Translations under genes and position numbers: made by a program
Notes under the pieces: model-generated
Told to the model about the DNA's origin: nothing
Databases searched by the model: none
Seen by the model: only the letters and a program-made list of their open reading frames with translations
In this document: piece after piece, positions 26,901 to 40,305 of the stretch
Position numbering within the stretch: position 1 is the stretch's first letter
How the letters are laid out: every line of letters starts with the position of its first letter
NCBI GenBank assembly: GCA_964016885.1
Contig: OZ024742.1
Location: 149,048,001-149,112,000, forward strand
DNA from: Eledone cirrhosa
Lineage: Eukaryota
DNA: 64,000 bases
Direction: 5' to 3'

Positions 26901-29900
26901 GAGGTTAGCACTAGAGATGGTGGTATTATAGAGAGGTTAGCACTAGAGATGGTGGTATTATAGAGAGGTTAGTACTAGAGATGGTGATATTATAGAGAGG
27001 TTAGCAATAGAGATGGTGGTATTATAGAGAGGTTAGCACTAGAGATGGTGGTATTATAGAGAGGTTAGCACTAGAGATGGTGGTATTATAGAGAGGTTAG
27101 TACTAGAGATGGTGGTATTATAGAGAGGTTAGCACTAGAGATGGTGATATTATAGAGAGGTTAGTACTAGAGATGGTGGTATTATAGAGAGGTTAACATG
27201 AGAGATGGTGGTATTATAGAGAGGTTAGTACTAGAGATGGTGGTATTATAGAGAGGTTAGCACTAGAGATGGTGATATTATAGAGAGGTTAGTACTAGAG
27301 ATGGTGGTATTATAGTGAGGTTAGTACTAGAGATGGTGGTATTATAGAGAGGTTAGTACTAGAGATGGTGGTATTATAGAGAGGTTAGTACTAGAGATGG
27401 TGATATTATAGAGAAGTTAGCACTAGAGATGGTGGTATTATAGAGAGGTTAGTACTAGAGATGGTGATATTATAGAGAGGTTAGTACTAGAGATGGTGGT
27501 ATTATAGAGAGGTTAGTACTAGAGATGGTGGTATTATAGAGAGGTTAGTACTAGAGATGGTGGTATTATAGAGAGGTTAGTACTGGAGATGGTGGTATTA
27601 TAGAGAGGTTAGCACTAGAGATGGTGATATTATAGAGAGGTAAGCACTAGAGATGGTGGTATTATAGAGAGGTTAGCACTAGAGATGGTGGTATTATAGA
27701 GAGGTTAGTACTAGAGATGGTGGTATTATAGTGAGGTAAGCACTAGAGATGGTGGTATTATAGAGAGGTTAGCACTAGAGATGGTGATATTATAGTGAGG
27801 TAAGCACTAGAGATGGTGGTATTATAGAGAGGTTAGTACTAGAGATGGTGGTATTATAGTGAGGTAAGCACTAGAGATGGTGGTATTATAGAGAGGTTAG
27901 CACTAGAGATGGTGGTATTATAGAGAGGTTAGCACTAGAGATGGTGGTATTATAGAGAGGTTAGCACTAGAGATGGTGATATTATAGTGAGGTAAGCACT
28001 AGAGATGGTGGTATTATAGAGAGGTTAGTACTAGAGATGGTGGTATTATAGTGAGGTAAGCACTAGAGATGGTGGTATTATAGAGAGGTTAGCACTAGAG
28101 ATGGTGGTATTATAGTGAGGTAAGCACTAGAGATGGTGGTATTATAGAGAGGTTAGTACTAGAGATGGTGGTATTATAGTGAGGTAAGCACTAGAGATGG
28201 TGGTATTATAGAGAGGTTAGTACTAGAGATGGTGGTATTATAGTGAGGTAAGCACTAGAGATGGTGGTATTATAGAGAGGTTAGCACTAGAGATGGTGGT
28301 ATTATAGAGAGGTTAGTACTAGAGATGGTGGTATTATAGTGAGGTAAGCACTAGAGATGGTGGTATTATAGAGAGGTAAGCACTAGAGATGGTGGTATTA
28401 TAGAGAGGTAAGCACCAGAGATGGTGGTATTATAGAGAGGTAAGCACTAGAGATGGTGGTATTATAGTGAGGTAAGCACTAGAGATGGTGGTATTATAGT
28501 GAGGTAAGCACTAGAGATGGTGGTATTATAGAGAGGTTAGCACTAGAGATGGTGGTATTATAGAGAGGTTAGCACTAGAGATGGTGGTATTATAGAGAGG
28601 TTAGCACTAGAGATGGTGATATTATAGTGAGGTAAGCACTAGAGATGGTGGTATTATAGAGAGGTTAGCACTAGAGATGGTGGTATTATAGAGAGGTTAG
28701 TACTAGAGATGGTGGTATTATAGAGAGGTAAGCACTAGAGATGGTGGTATTATAGAGAGGTAAGCACTAGAGATGGTGGTATTATAGAGAGGTAAGCACT
28801 AGAGATGGTGGTATTATAGTGAGGTAAGCACTAGAGATGGTGGTATTATAGTGAGGTAAGCACTAGAGATGGTGGTATTATAGACAGGTTAGCACTAGAG
28901 ATGGTGGTATTATAGAGAGGTTAGCACTAGAGATGGTGGTATTATAGAGAGGTTAGCACTAGAGATGGTGATATTATAGTGAGGTAAGCACTAGAGATGG
29001 TGGTATTATAGAGAGGTTAGCACTAGAGATGGTGGTATTATAGAGAGGTTAGTACTAGAGATGGTGGTATTATAGTGAGGTAAGCACTAGAGATGGTGGT
29101 ATTATAGAGAGGTTAGTACTAGAGATGGTGGTATTATAGTGAGGTTAGCACTAGAGATGGTGATATTATAGAGAGGTTAGCACTAGAGATGGTGGTATTA
29201 TAGAGAGGTTAGTACTAGAGATGGTGGTATTATAGTGAGGTAAGCACTAGAGATGGTGGTATTATAGTGAGGTAAGCACTAGAGATGGTGGTATTATAGT
29301 GAGGTAAGCACTAGAGATGGTGGTATTATAGAGAGGTTAGTACTAGAGATGGTGGTATTATAGTGAGGTAAGCACTAGAGATGGTGGTATTATAGTGAGG
29401 TAAGCACTAGAGATGGTGGTATTATAGTGAGGTAAGCACTAGAGATGGTGGTATTATAGTGAGGTAAGCACTAGAGATGGTGGTATTATAGTGAGGTAAG
29501 TACTAGAGATGGTGGTATTATAGAGAGGTTAGTACTAGAGATGGTGGTATTATAGAGAGGTTAGCACTAGAGATGGTGGTATTATAGTGAGGTAAGCACT
29601 AGAGATGGTGGTATTATAGAGAGGTAAGCACTAGAGATGGTGGTATTATAGAGAGGTTAGTACTAGAGATGGTGGTATTATAGAGAGGTTAGTACTAGAG
29701 ATGGTGGTATTATAGAGAGGTAAGCACTAGAGATGGTGGTATTATAGAGAGGTTAGTACTAGAGATGGTGGTATTATAGAGAGGTTAGTACTAGAGATGG
29801 TGGTATTATAGTGGGGTTAGCACTAGAGATGGTGGTATTATAGTGAGGTAAGCACTAGAGATGGTGGTATTATAGTGAGGTTAGCACTAGAGATGGTGGT

Positions 29901-32900
29901 ATTATAGAGAGGTAAGCACTAGAGATGGTGGTATTATAGAGAGGTAAGCACTAGAGATGGTGGTATTATAGAGAGGTTAGCACTAGAGATGGTGGTATTA
30001 TAGAGAGGTAAGCACTAGAGATGGTGGTATTATAGTGAGGTAAGCACTAGAGATGGTGGTATTATAGAGAGGTTAGTACTAGAGATGGTGGTATTATAGA
30101 GAGGTTAGTACTAGAGATGGTGATATTATAGAGAGGTTAGTACTAGAGATGGTGGTATTATAGAGAGGTTAGTACTAGAGATGGTGGTATTATAGTGAGG
30201 TAAGCACTAGAGATGGTGGTATTATAGAGAGGTTAGTACTAGAGATGGTGGTATTATAGTGAGGTAAGTACTAGAGATGGTGGTATTATAGTGAGGTTAG
30301 CACTAGAGATGGTGGTATTATAGAGAGGTTAGTACTAGAGATGGTGGTATTATAGTGAGGTAAGTACTAGAGATGGTGGTATTATAGTGAGGTAAGCACT
30401 AGAGATGGTGGTATTATAGTGAGGTAAGTACTAGAGATGGTGGTATTATAGTGTGGTAAGTACTAGAGATGGTGGTATTATAGTGAGGTAAGCACTAGAG
30501 ATGGTGGTATTATAGTGAGGTAAGTACTAGAGATGGTGGTATTATAGAGAGGTTAGTACTAGAGATGGTGGTATTATAGTGAGGTAAGCACTAGAGATGG
30601 TGGTATTATAGTGAGGTAAGCACTAGAGATGGTGGTATTATAGAGAGGTAAGTACTAGAGATGGTGGTATTATAGAGAGGTTAGCACTAGAGATGGTGGT
30701 ATTATAGTGAGGTTAGCACTAGAGATGGTGGTATTATAGTGAGGTAAGCACTAGAGATGGTGGTATTATAGAGAGGTTAGTACTAGAGATGGTGGTATTA
30801 TAGTGAGGTTAGCACTAGAGATGGTGATATTATAGTGAGGTAAGCACTAGAGATGGTGGTATTATAGAGAGGTTAGTACTAGAGATGGTGGTATTATAGT
30901 GAGGTAAGCACTAGAGATGGTGGTATTATAGAGAGGTTAGCACTAGAGATGGTGGTATTATAGTGAGGTAAGCACTAGAGATGGTGGTATTATAGTGAGG
31001 TTAGCACTAGAGATGGTGGTATTATAGTGAGGTAAGCACTAGAGATGGTGGTATTATAGAGAGGTTAGTACTAGAGATGGTGGTATTATAGAGAGGTTAG
31101 CACTAGAGATGGTGGTATTATAGAGAGGTTAGCACTAGAGATGGTGATATTATAGTGAGGTAAGCACTAGAGATGGTGGTATTATAGAGAGGTTAGTACT
31201 AGAGATGGTGGTATTATAGTGAGGTAAGCACTAGAGATGGTGGTATTATAGAGAGGTTAGCACTAGAGATGGTGGTATTATAGAGAGGTTAGCACTAGAG
31301 ATGGTGGTATTATAGAGAGGTTAGCACTAGAGATGGTGATATTATAGTGAGGTAAGCACTAGAGATGGTGGTATTATAGAGAGGTTAGTACTAGAGATGG
31401 TGGTATTATAGTGAGGTAAGCACTAGAGATGGTGGTATTATAGAGAGGTTAGCACTAGAGATGGTGGTATTATAGTGAGGTAAGCACTAGAGATGGTGGT
31501 ATTATAGAGAGGTTAGTACTAGAGATGGTGGTATTATAGTGAGGTAAGCACTAGAGATGGTGGTATTATAGAGAGGTTAGTACTAGAGATGGTGGTATTA
31601 TAGTGAGGTAAGCACTAGAGATGGTGGTATTATAGAGAGGTTAGCACTAGAGATGGTGGTATTATAGAGAGGTTAGTACTAGAGATGGTGGTATTATAGT
31701 GAGGTAAGCACTAGAGATGGTGGTATTATAGAGAGGTAAGCACTAGAGATGGTGGTATTATAGAGAGGTAAGCACCAGAGATGGTGGTATTATAGAGAGG
31801 TAAGCACTAGAGATGGTGGTATTATAGTGAGGTAAGCACTAGAGATGGTGGTATTATAGTGAGGTAAGCACTAGAGATGGTGGTATTATAGAGAGGTTAG
31901 CACTAGAGATGGTGGTATTATAGAGAGGTTAGCACTAGAGATGGTGGTATTATAGAGAGGTTAGCACTAGAGATGGTGATATTATAGTGAGGTAAGCACT
32001 AGAGATGGTGGTATTATAGAGAGGTTAGCACTAGAGATGGTGGTATTATAGAGAGGTTAGTACTAGAGATGGTGGTATTATAGAGAGGTAAGCACTAGAG
32101 ATGGTGGTATTATAGAGAGGTAAGCACTAGAGATGGTGGTATTATAGAGAGGTAAGCACTAGAGATGGTGGTATTATAGTGAGGTAAGCACTAGAGATGG
32201 TGGTATTATAGTGAGGTAAGCACTAGAGATGGTGGTATTATAGACAGGTTAGCACTAGAGATGGTGGTATTATAGAGAGGTTAGCACTAGAGATGGTGGT
32301 ATTATAGAGAGGTTAGCACTAGAGATGGTGATATTATAGTGAGGTAAGCACTAGAGATGGTGGTATTATAGAGAGGTTAGCACTAGAGATGGTGGTATTA
32401 TAGAGAGGTTAGTACTAGAGATGGTGGTATTATAGTGAGGTAAGCACTAGAGATGGTGGTATTATAGAGAGGTTAGTACTAGAGATGGTGGTATTATAGT
32501 GAGGTTAGCACTAGAGATGGTGATATTATAGAGAGGTTAGCACTAGAGATGGTGGTATTATAGAGAGGTTAGTACTAGAGATGGTGGTATTATAGTGAGG
32601 TAAGCACTAGAGATGGTGGTATTATAGTGAGGTAAGCACTAGAGATGGTGGTATTATAGTGAGGTAAGCACTAGAGATGGTGGTATTATAGAGAGGTTAG
32701 TACTAGAGATGGTGGTATTATAGTGAGGTAAGCACTAGAGATGGTGGTATTATAGTGAGGTAAGCACTAGAGATGGTGGTATTATAGTGAGGTAAGCACT
32801 AGAGATGGTGGTATTATAGTGAGGTAAGCACTAGAGATGGTGGTATTATAGTGAGGTAAGTACTAGAGATGGTGGTATTATAGAGAGGTTAGTACTAGAG

Positions 32901-35900
32901 ATGGTGGTATTATAGAGAGGTTAGCACTAGAGATGGTGGTATTATAGTGAGGTAAGCACTAGAGATGGTGGTATTATAGAGAGGTAAGCACTAGAGATGG
33001 TGGTATTATAGAGAGGTTAGTACTAGAGATGGTGGTATTATAGAGAGGTTAGTACTAGAGATGGTGGTATTATAGAGAGGTAAGCACTAGAGATGGTGGT
33101 ATTATAGAGAGGTTAGTACTAGAGATGGTGGTATTATAGAGAGGTTAGTACTAGAGATGGTGGTATTATAGTGGGGTTAGCACTAGAGATGGTGGTATTA
33201 TAGTGAGGTAAGCACTAGAGATGGTGGTATTATAGTGAGGTTAGCACTAGAGATGGTGGTATTATAGAGAGGTAAGCACTAGAGATGGTGGTATTATAGA
33301 GAGGTTAGCACTAGAGATGGTGGTATTATAGAGAGGTTAGTACTAGAGATGGTGGTATTATAGTGAGGTAAGCACTAGAGATGGTGGTATTATAGTGAGG
33401 TTAGCACTAGAGATGGTGGTATTATAGAGAGGTAAGCACTAGAGATGGTGGTATTATAGAGAGGTTAGCACTAGAGATGGTGGTATTATAGAGAGGTTAG
33501 CACTAGAGATGGTGGTATTATAGAGAGGTTAGCACTAGAGATGGTGGTATTATAGTGAGGTAAGCACTAGAGATGGTGGTATTATAGTGAGGTTAGCACT
33601 AGAGATGGTGGTATTATAGAGAGGTTAGCACTAGAGATGGTGGTATTATAGAGAGGTTAGCACTAGAGATGGTGGTATTATAGTGAGGTTAGCACTAGAG
33701 ATGGTGGTATTATAGAGAGGTAAGCACTAGAGATGGTGGTATTATAGAGAGGTTAGTACTAGAGATGGTGGTATAATAGTGAGGTAAGCACTAGAGCTGG
33801 TGGTATTATAGAGAGGTTAGTACTAGAGATGGTGGTATTATAGAGAGGTTAGCACTAGAGATGGTGGTATTATAGTGAGGTTAGCACTAGAGATGGTGGT
33901 ATTATAGTGAGGTTAGCACTAGAGATGGTGGTATTATAGAGAGGTTAGCACTAGAGATGGTGGTATTATAGAGAGGTTAGCACTAGAGATGGTGGTATTA
34001 TAGAGAGGTTAGTACTAGAGATGGTGATATTATAGAGAGGTTAGCAATAGAGATGGTGGTATTATAGAGAGGTTAGCACTAGAGATGGTGGTATTATAGA
34101 GAGGTTAGCACTAGAGATGGTGGTATTATAGAGAGGTTAGTACTAGAGATGGTGGTATTATAGAGAGGTTAGCACTAGAGATGGTGATATTATAGAGAGG
34201 TTAGTACTAGAGATGGTGGTATTATAGAGAGGTTAACATGAGAGATGGTGGTATTATAGAGAGGTTAGTACTAGAGATGGTGGTATTATAGAGAGGTTAG
34301 CACTAGAGATGGTGATATTATAGAGAGGTTAGTACTAGAGATGGTGGTATTATAGTGAGGTTAGTACTAGAGATGGTGGTATTATAGAGAGGTTAGTACT
34401 AGAGATGGTGGTATTATAGAGAGGTTAGTACTAGAGATGGTGATATTATAGAGAAGTTAGCACTAGAGATGGTGGTATTATAGAGAGGTTAGTACTAGAG
34501 ATGGTGATATTATAGAGAGGTTAGTACTAGAGATGGTGGTATTATAGAGAGGTTAGTACTAGAGATGGTGGTATTATAGAGAGGTTAGTACTAGAGATGG
34601 TGGTATTATAGAGAGGTTAGTACTGGAGATGGTGGTATTATAGAGAGGTTAGCACTAGAGATGGTGATATTATAGAGAGGTAAGCACTAGAGATGGTGGT
34701 ATTATAGAGAGGTTAGTACTAGAGATGGTGGTATTATAGAGAGGTTAGTACTAGAGATGGTGGTATTATAGTGGGGTTAGCACTAGAGATGGTGGTATTA
34801 TAGAGAGGTTAGTACTAGAGATGGTGGTATTATAGCGAGGTTAGTACTAGAGATGGTGGTATTATAGAGAGGTTAGTACTAGAGATGGTGGTATTATAGA
34901 GAGGTTAGCACTAGAGATGGTGATATTATAGAGAGGTAAGCACTAGAGATGGTGGTATTATAGAGAGGTTAGTACTAGAGATGGTGGTATTATAGAGAGG
35001 TTAGTACTAGAGATGGTGGTATTATAGTGGGGTTAGCACTAGAGATGGTGGTATTATAGAGAGGTTAGTACTAGAGATGGTGGTATTATAGCGAGGTTAG
35101 TACTAGAGATGGTGGTATTATAGAGAGGTTAGTACTAGAGATGGTGGTATTATAGAGAGGTTAACATGAGAGATGGTGGTATTATAGAGAGGTTAGTACT
35201 AGAGATGGTGGTATTATAGAGAGGTTAGCACTAGAGATGGTGATATTATAGAGAGGTTAGTACTAGAGATGGTGGTATTATAGTGAGGTTAGTACTAGAG
35301 ATGGTGGTATTATAGAGAGGTTAGTACTAGAGATGGTGGTATTATAGAGAGGTTAGTACTAGAGATGGTGATATTATAGAGAAGTTAGCACTAGAGATGG
35401 TGGTATTATAGAGAGGTTAGTACTAGAGATGGTGATATTATAGAGAGGTTAGTACTAGAGATGGTGGTATTATAGAGAGGTTAGTACTAGAGATGGTGGT
35501 ATTATAGAGAGGTTAGTACTAGAGATGGTGGTATTATAGAGAGGTTAGTACTAGAGATGGTGGTATTATAGAGAGGTTAGCACTAGAGATGGTGATATTA
35601 TAGAGAGGTAAGCACTAGAGATGGTGGTATTATAGAGAGGTTAGTACTAGAGATGGTGGTATTATAGAGAGGTTAGTACTAGAGATGGTGGTATTATAGT
35701 GGGGTTAGCACTAGAGATGGTGGTATTATAGAGAGGTTAGTACTAGAGATGGTGGTATTATAGCGAGGTTAGTACTAGAGATGGTGGTATTATAGAGAGG
35801 TTAGTACTAGAGATGGTGGTATTATAGAGAGGTTAGCACTAGAGATGGTGATATTATAGAGAGGTAAGCACTAGAGATGGTGGTATTATAGAGAGGTTAG

Positions 35901-37826
35901 TACTAGAGATGGTGGTATTATAGAGAGGTTAGTACTAGAGATGGTGGTATTATAGTGGGGTTAGCACTAGAGATGGTGGTATTATAGAGAGGTTAGTACT
36001 AGAGATGGTGGTATTATAGCGAGGTTAGTACTAGAGATGGTGGTATTATAGAGAGGTTAGTACTAGAGATGGTGGTATTATAGTGGGGTTAGAAAGAGAG
36101 ATGGTGGTATTATAGAGAGGTTAACATGAGAGATGGTGGTATTATAGAGAGGTTAACATGAGAGATGGTGGTATTATAGAGAGGTTAGAACTAGAGATGG
36201 TGGTATTATAGAGAGGTTAGAAAGAGAGATGGTGGTATTATAGTGGGGTTAGCACTAAAGATGGTGGTATTATAGAGAGGTTAGAACTAGAGATGGTGGT
36301 ATTATAGAGAGGTTAACATGAGAGATGGTGGTATTATAGTGGGGTTAGAAAGAGAGATGGTGGTATTATAGTGGGGTTAGAAAGAGAGATGGTGGTATTA
36401 TAGTGGGGTTAGAAAGAGAGATGGTGGTATTATAGTGGGGTTAGAAAGAGAGATGGTGGTATTATAGTGGGGTTAGAAAGAGAGATGGTGGTATTATAGT
36501 GGGGTTAGAAAGAGAGATGGTGGTATTATAGTGGGGTTAGCACTAAAGATGGTGGTATTATAGTGGGGTTAGCACTAGAGATGGTGGTATTATAGAGAGG
36601 TTAGCACTAGAGATGGTGGTATTATAGTGAGGTTAGCACTAGAGATGGTGGTATTATAGAGAGGTTAGTACTAGAGATGGTGGTATTATAGTGAGGTTAG
36701 CACTAGAGATGGTGATATTATAGAGAGGTTAGCACAAGAGATGGTGGTATTATAGTGAGGTTAGCACTAGAGATGGTGGTATTATAGAGAGGTTAGCACT
36801 AGAAATGGTGGTATTATAGTGGGGTTAGCACTAGAGATGGTGGTATTATAGAGAGGTTAGTACTAGAGATGGTGATATTATAGAGAGGTTAGCACTAGAG
36901 ATGGTGGTATTATAGTGAGGTTAGCACTAGAGATGGTGGTATTATAGAGAGGTTAGTACTAGAGATGGTGGTATTATAGTGAGGTTAGCACTAGAGATGG
37001 TGATATTATAGAGAGGTTAGCACTAGAGATGGTGGTATTATAGTGGGGTTAGCACTAGAGATGGTGGTATTATAGAGAGGTTAGCACTAGAGATGGTGGT
37101 ATTATAGTGAGGTTAGCACTAGAGATGGTGGTATTATAGAGAGGTTAACACTAGAGATGGTGGTATTATAGTGAGGTTAGCACTAGAGATAGTGGTATTA
37201 TAGTGGGGTTAGCACTAGAGATGGTGATATTATAGAGAGGTTAGTACTAGAGATGGTGGTATTATAGAGAGGTTAGCACTAGAGATGGTGATATTATAGA
37301 GAGGTTATCACTAGAGATGGTGGTATTATAGAGAGGTTAGCACTAGAGATGGTGGTATTATAGAGAGGTTAGCACTAGAGATGGTGGTATTATAGAGAGG
37401 TTAGAACTAGAGATGGTGGTATCATAGTGAGGTTAACACTACAGATGGTGGTATTATAGAGAGCTTAGCACTAGAGATGGTGGTATTATAGTGGGGTTAG
37501 CACTACAGATGGTATTATAGTGGGGTTAGCACTACAGATGGTTTTATTATAGTGCGGTTAACACTAGAGATGGTGGTCCCTATAGTGGGGTTAGCACAAG
37601 AGATGGTGGTCTTATAGTGGGGTTAGAACTAGAGATGGTGGTATTATAGTGTGGTTAGCACTAGAGATGGTGGTATTTAAGTTGGGGTAGTCCTAGAGAT
37701 GGTGGTATTATAGTGAGGTTAGCACTAGAGGTGGTGGTATTATAGTGAGGTTAGCACTAGAGGTGGTGGTATTATAGTGAGGTTAGTACTAGAGATGGTG
37801 GTATTATAGTGGGGTTAACATGAGAG
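17911..37826. repeat. Intronic 32-bp satellite, ~620 units: AG(C/T)ACTAGAGATGGTG(G/A)TATTATAG(A/T)GAGGT(T/A)
   Basis: Period read directly. Rare variants recur at 3360-bp and 7040-bp spacing. The right end is degenerate. Confidence 0.99.
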
Positions 37827-38472
37827 AAAAGCACCAAGTCCACCTTCAAGAGTGAACTACAACCATCCTAAAAGGTGGATTGGGTGCTTTGCATCATGAT
37901 ACCAGTATGACCAGCAAAGTAATATAATTTATCCATTTCAGATAAATTGCTTATCTGAAATAGTACTGCTTGTACCACGTAAAAAGCTACCAGTAAATGC
38001 TGAAATGTGGTTGGTGTTAAGAAGGACATATGAACGAGATGTGGCCACCAGACCTGTCTAGCTTCATAACATCTAACCTATGCAAGCATGGAAAATAAAT
38101 GTTAAATGATGATGATCATAATCTAATTCAATAATTTATAAGTATATTCAAATATTTACAGCTACTCAAACAACAGTATTAAGTTAGACAAGGCCTGAGA
38201 TTGTTTCCTAAAATATGTCAGAGCTTATCCTATTCATGTAACATGGTAAATTTATACCAACATGAAATGGAAAAGAAAACAAAGTGGTTGTAAATAATTG
38301 TTTTAAAAGAGAGAGAAAAAGAGATACAACATGAAAATTGTCTTTAGGGAGGCTATTTTCTGGAACAATAAAAATCTGATTTAAAAGAGTAAAAGTGTAA
38401 AGAGTAATTTTAATGAAAAATCTGAGAAAAAACAGGGGAAATCTAATATCCAAATTCATTACACAAACTGAC

Positions 38473-38648
38473 CTGTCCAATGTCTGGCAAGAGATTGGCA
38501 TCAAACTGACTAACTACGGCTGCTCCAGTCACAACACTATCTGCTGCCATTCGTTCGTGAACAGATGGTGGTGAATCAAGATGCCTGGGAAATGTGTTCT
38601 GAGCACACAGAAGATCTGGCTGAGAATGGGCTGGTCTTTGCTGCAAAT
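38473..38648 (-). CDS. CCDC91: CCDC91-like exon: (D)LQQRPAHSQPDLLCAQ...DANLLPDIGQ
   Basis: cattttag acceptor and gtcagt donor; 176 bp, phase 1-0, in frame with both neighbours. Confidence 0.8.
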
Positions 38649-38817
38649 CTAAAATGGAAATTCAAATATTATTACTTTTGAAATGCTGGATCGTGCAACA
38701 GAAAAATAAATCTTTCTGCTGGCATGATGTGTGTCTGATAAAACAAACAACAGCATTTAGTTGTTTTAATGACTGTTCTAGTTGGTTTGAAGCAAAAGAG
38801 AACACCTATATAATTAC

Positions 38818-38905
38818 CTGGAGGAAACATCATCCATGGTAAATTGCCTGCATTTGGTCCAGCAGCCATACCTTGAGGTTCATGAGGTGGTACTGGTTCT
38901 GCAGC
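38818..38905 (-). CDS. CCDC91: CCDC91-like exon: AAEPVPPHEPQGMAAGPNAGNLPWMMFPP
   Basis: ttacag acceptor and gtaatt donor; 88 bp, phase 0-1. Continues FGGFQ-AAE...PW..FP, as in the vertebrate FGGFEAAE...PWAAFP. Confidence 0.85.
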
Positions 38906-39784
38906 CTGTAACACGAATCATTAATATTAAGCCATCATATCAACACAGTAATGTTAAGCAATAACAAAAACTACACAGAAACACTAACTTTTAACATCCT
39001 GTAATGATTTAGCAGAGAATATGGAAAAATAGTTTTTTTTAATTCATATATTTATAGTATCTTTACTAGTGGAAAGATTGTTATGAAAATTTTCAGTATT
39101 ATCCTGTAGTGATTTAGCAGAAAGTATCTAAAAATAGGTTTGTTAATTCAAATGCTTGTTGTATCTTTACTGGTGGACAGATTATTGTAAAATGTACAGT
39201 ATTAGAGTAAAGACTTTAATTTCTAATGCGATGTAAGTCATAATGTTAAGTGTTAAACAATAACAGCCTGGCACATTTTTTGTTTTCATGTGAAACCAGA
39301 TAAAGGCTTTACTGCATACAAAGAGATGGAAATAATCAATCAGCATATGAATATAATAACATCTATTGGCAGAGTGCACTCTAAATTTAACACATCTATA
39401 AGCACCAAGTTTTTCCTAGATGAAACTATTCCATGATATCACACCTTTTCCATACATTTTCAAACTCACCAAAAGTGATTAGTGTTTTAAATGTTTCAAA
39501 GAAACCATTCAAGTATACAGCAACACTCATTCTATTTTTGAAATAAAATCAATGGAATACTTCCTTGAATAAAATACCACTAAAAGATGAGGAGTCAGTT
39601 AAGAGGACCTAGATGTGGTTGCTCACTCTTCAAGAAATAACAACCAAATTTCAATCACATCTCACTCTACTCTCTTAGAAAAAGGGCCTAGTGGTTAGGG
39701 TGTTGGGCTTACAACTGTACCATTGTGGGTTCAATTCAGTGATGCATTGTGTTCTTGAGCAAATCATTTCACATTGCTTTAGCC

Positions 39785-40305
39785 TACTATTCTTCTCTCC
39801 TTCTCACTAACACTTTAGTTTTGGCTAAGTTTACTCTTAGGCCTTTTGATTCTAAAATTTGTTTCCACAGTTGGAACTTATTTTCTAGGTCTTTAATGGA
39901 TTCAGCTATAAGAACCATATCAACCACATAGAGAAGTTCCCACGGGCAGCCAGACTTAAACTCCTCTGTTATAGTTTGGAGGACTATAATGAATAGAAGT
40001 GGGCTAAGAACTGAACCTTGATAAACTCCTATTTGAAATTTGAATTCCTCACTAAACTCATTTCCTACTCTCACTTTGCTGACAGCTCTTCTGTACATGA
40101 CTAGCACTACTCTCACCAATCATTCTTCCACACATAATTTCCTTAAGGACCAAAGTCAACGAAAGCTAGGTATAGTTTTGGCTAAGAACTTCTCTTGTAG
40201 TTGCCTCACTAAAAAGAGTGCATCTGTAGTACTTTTCCCAAGCATGAAACCAAACTGCATCTCGTCTAATTTGACTCTTTCCCTAATTAGTTGCGCTATA
40301 ACAAT
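39785..40305 (-). mobile_element. Internally deleted RTE RT fragment, abutted by a + strand tRNA-SINE head (39685-39783)
   Basis: QGSVLSPLLF, WELLYVVD and VNLAKTKV motifs; homologous to 41500-42050. Confidence 0.9.

Noticed and set aside
17911-37826. CRISPR-like or telomeric array, or a coding repeat
   Set aside because: There are no unique spacers, the unit is not TTAGGG-based, and TAG/TAA stops in a 32-bp unit close all frames.
39685-39745. tRNA gene (also 4327-4380 and 54550-54610)
   Set aside because: These are degenerate A/B-box SINE heads with no complete cloverleaf.
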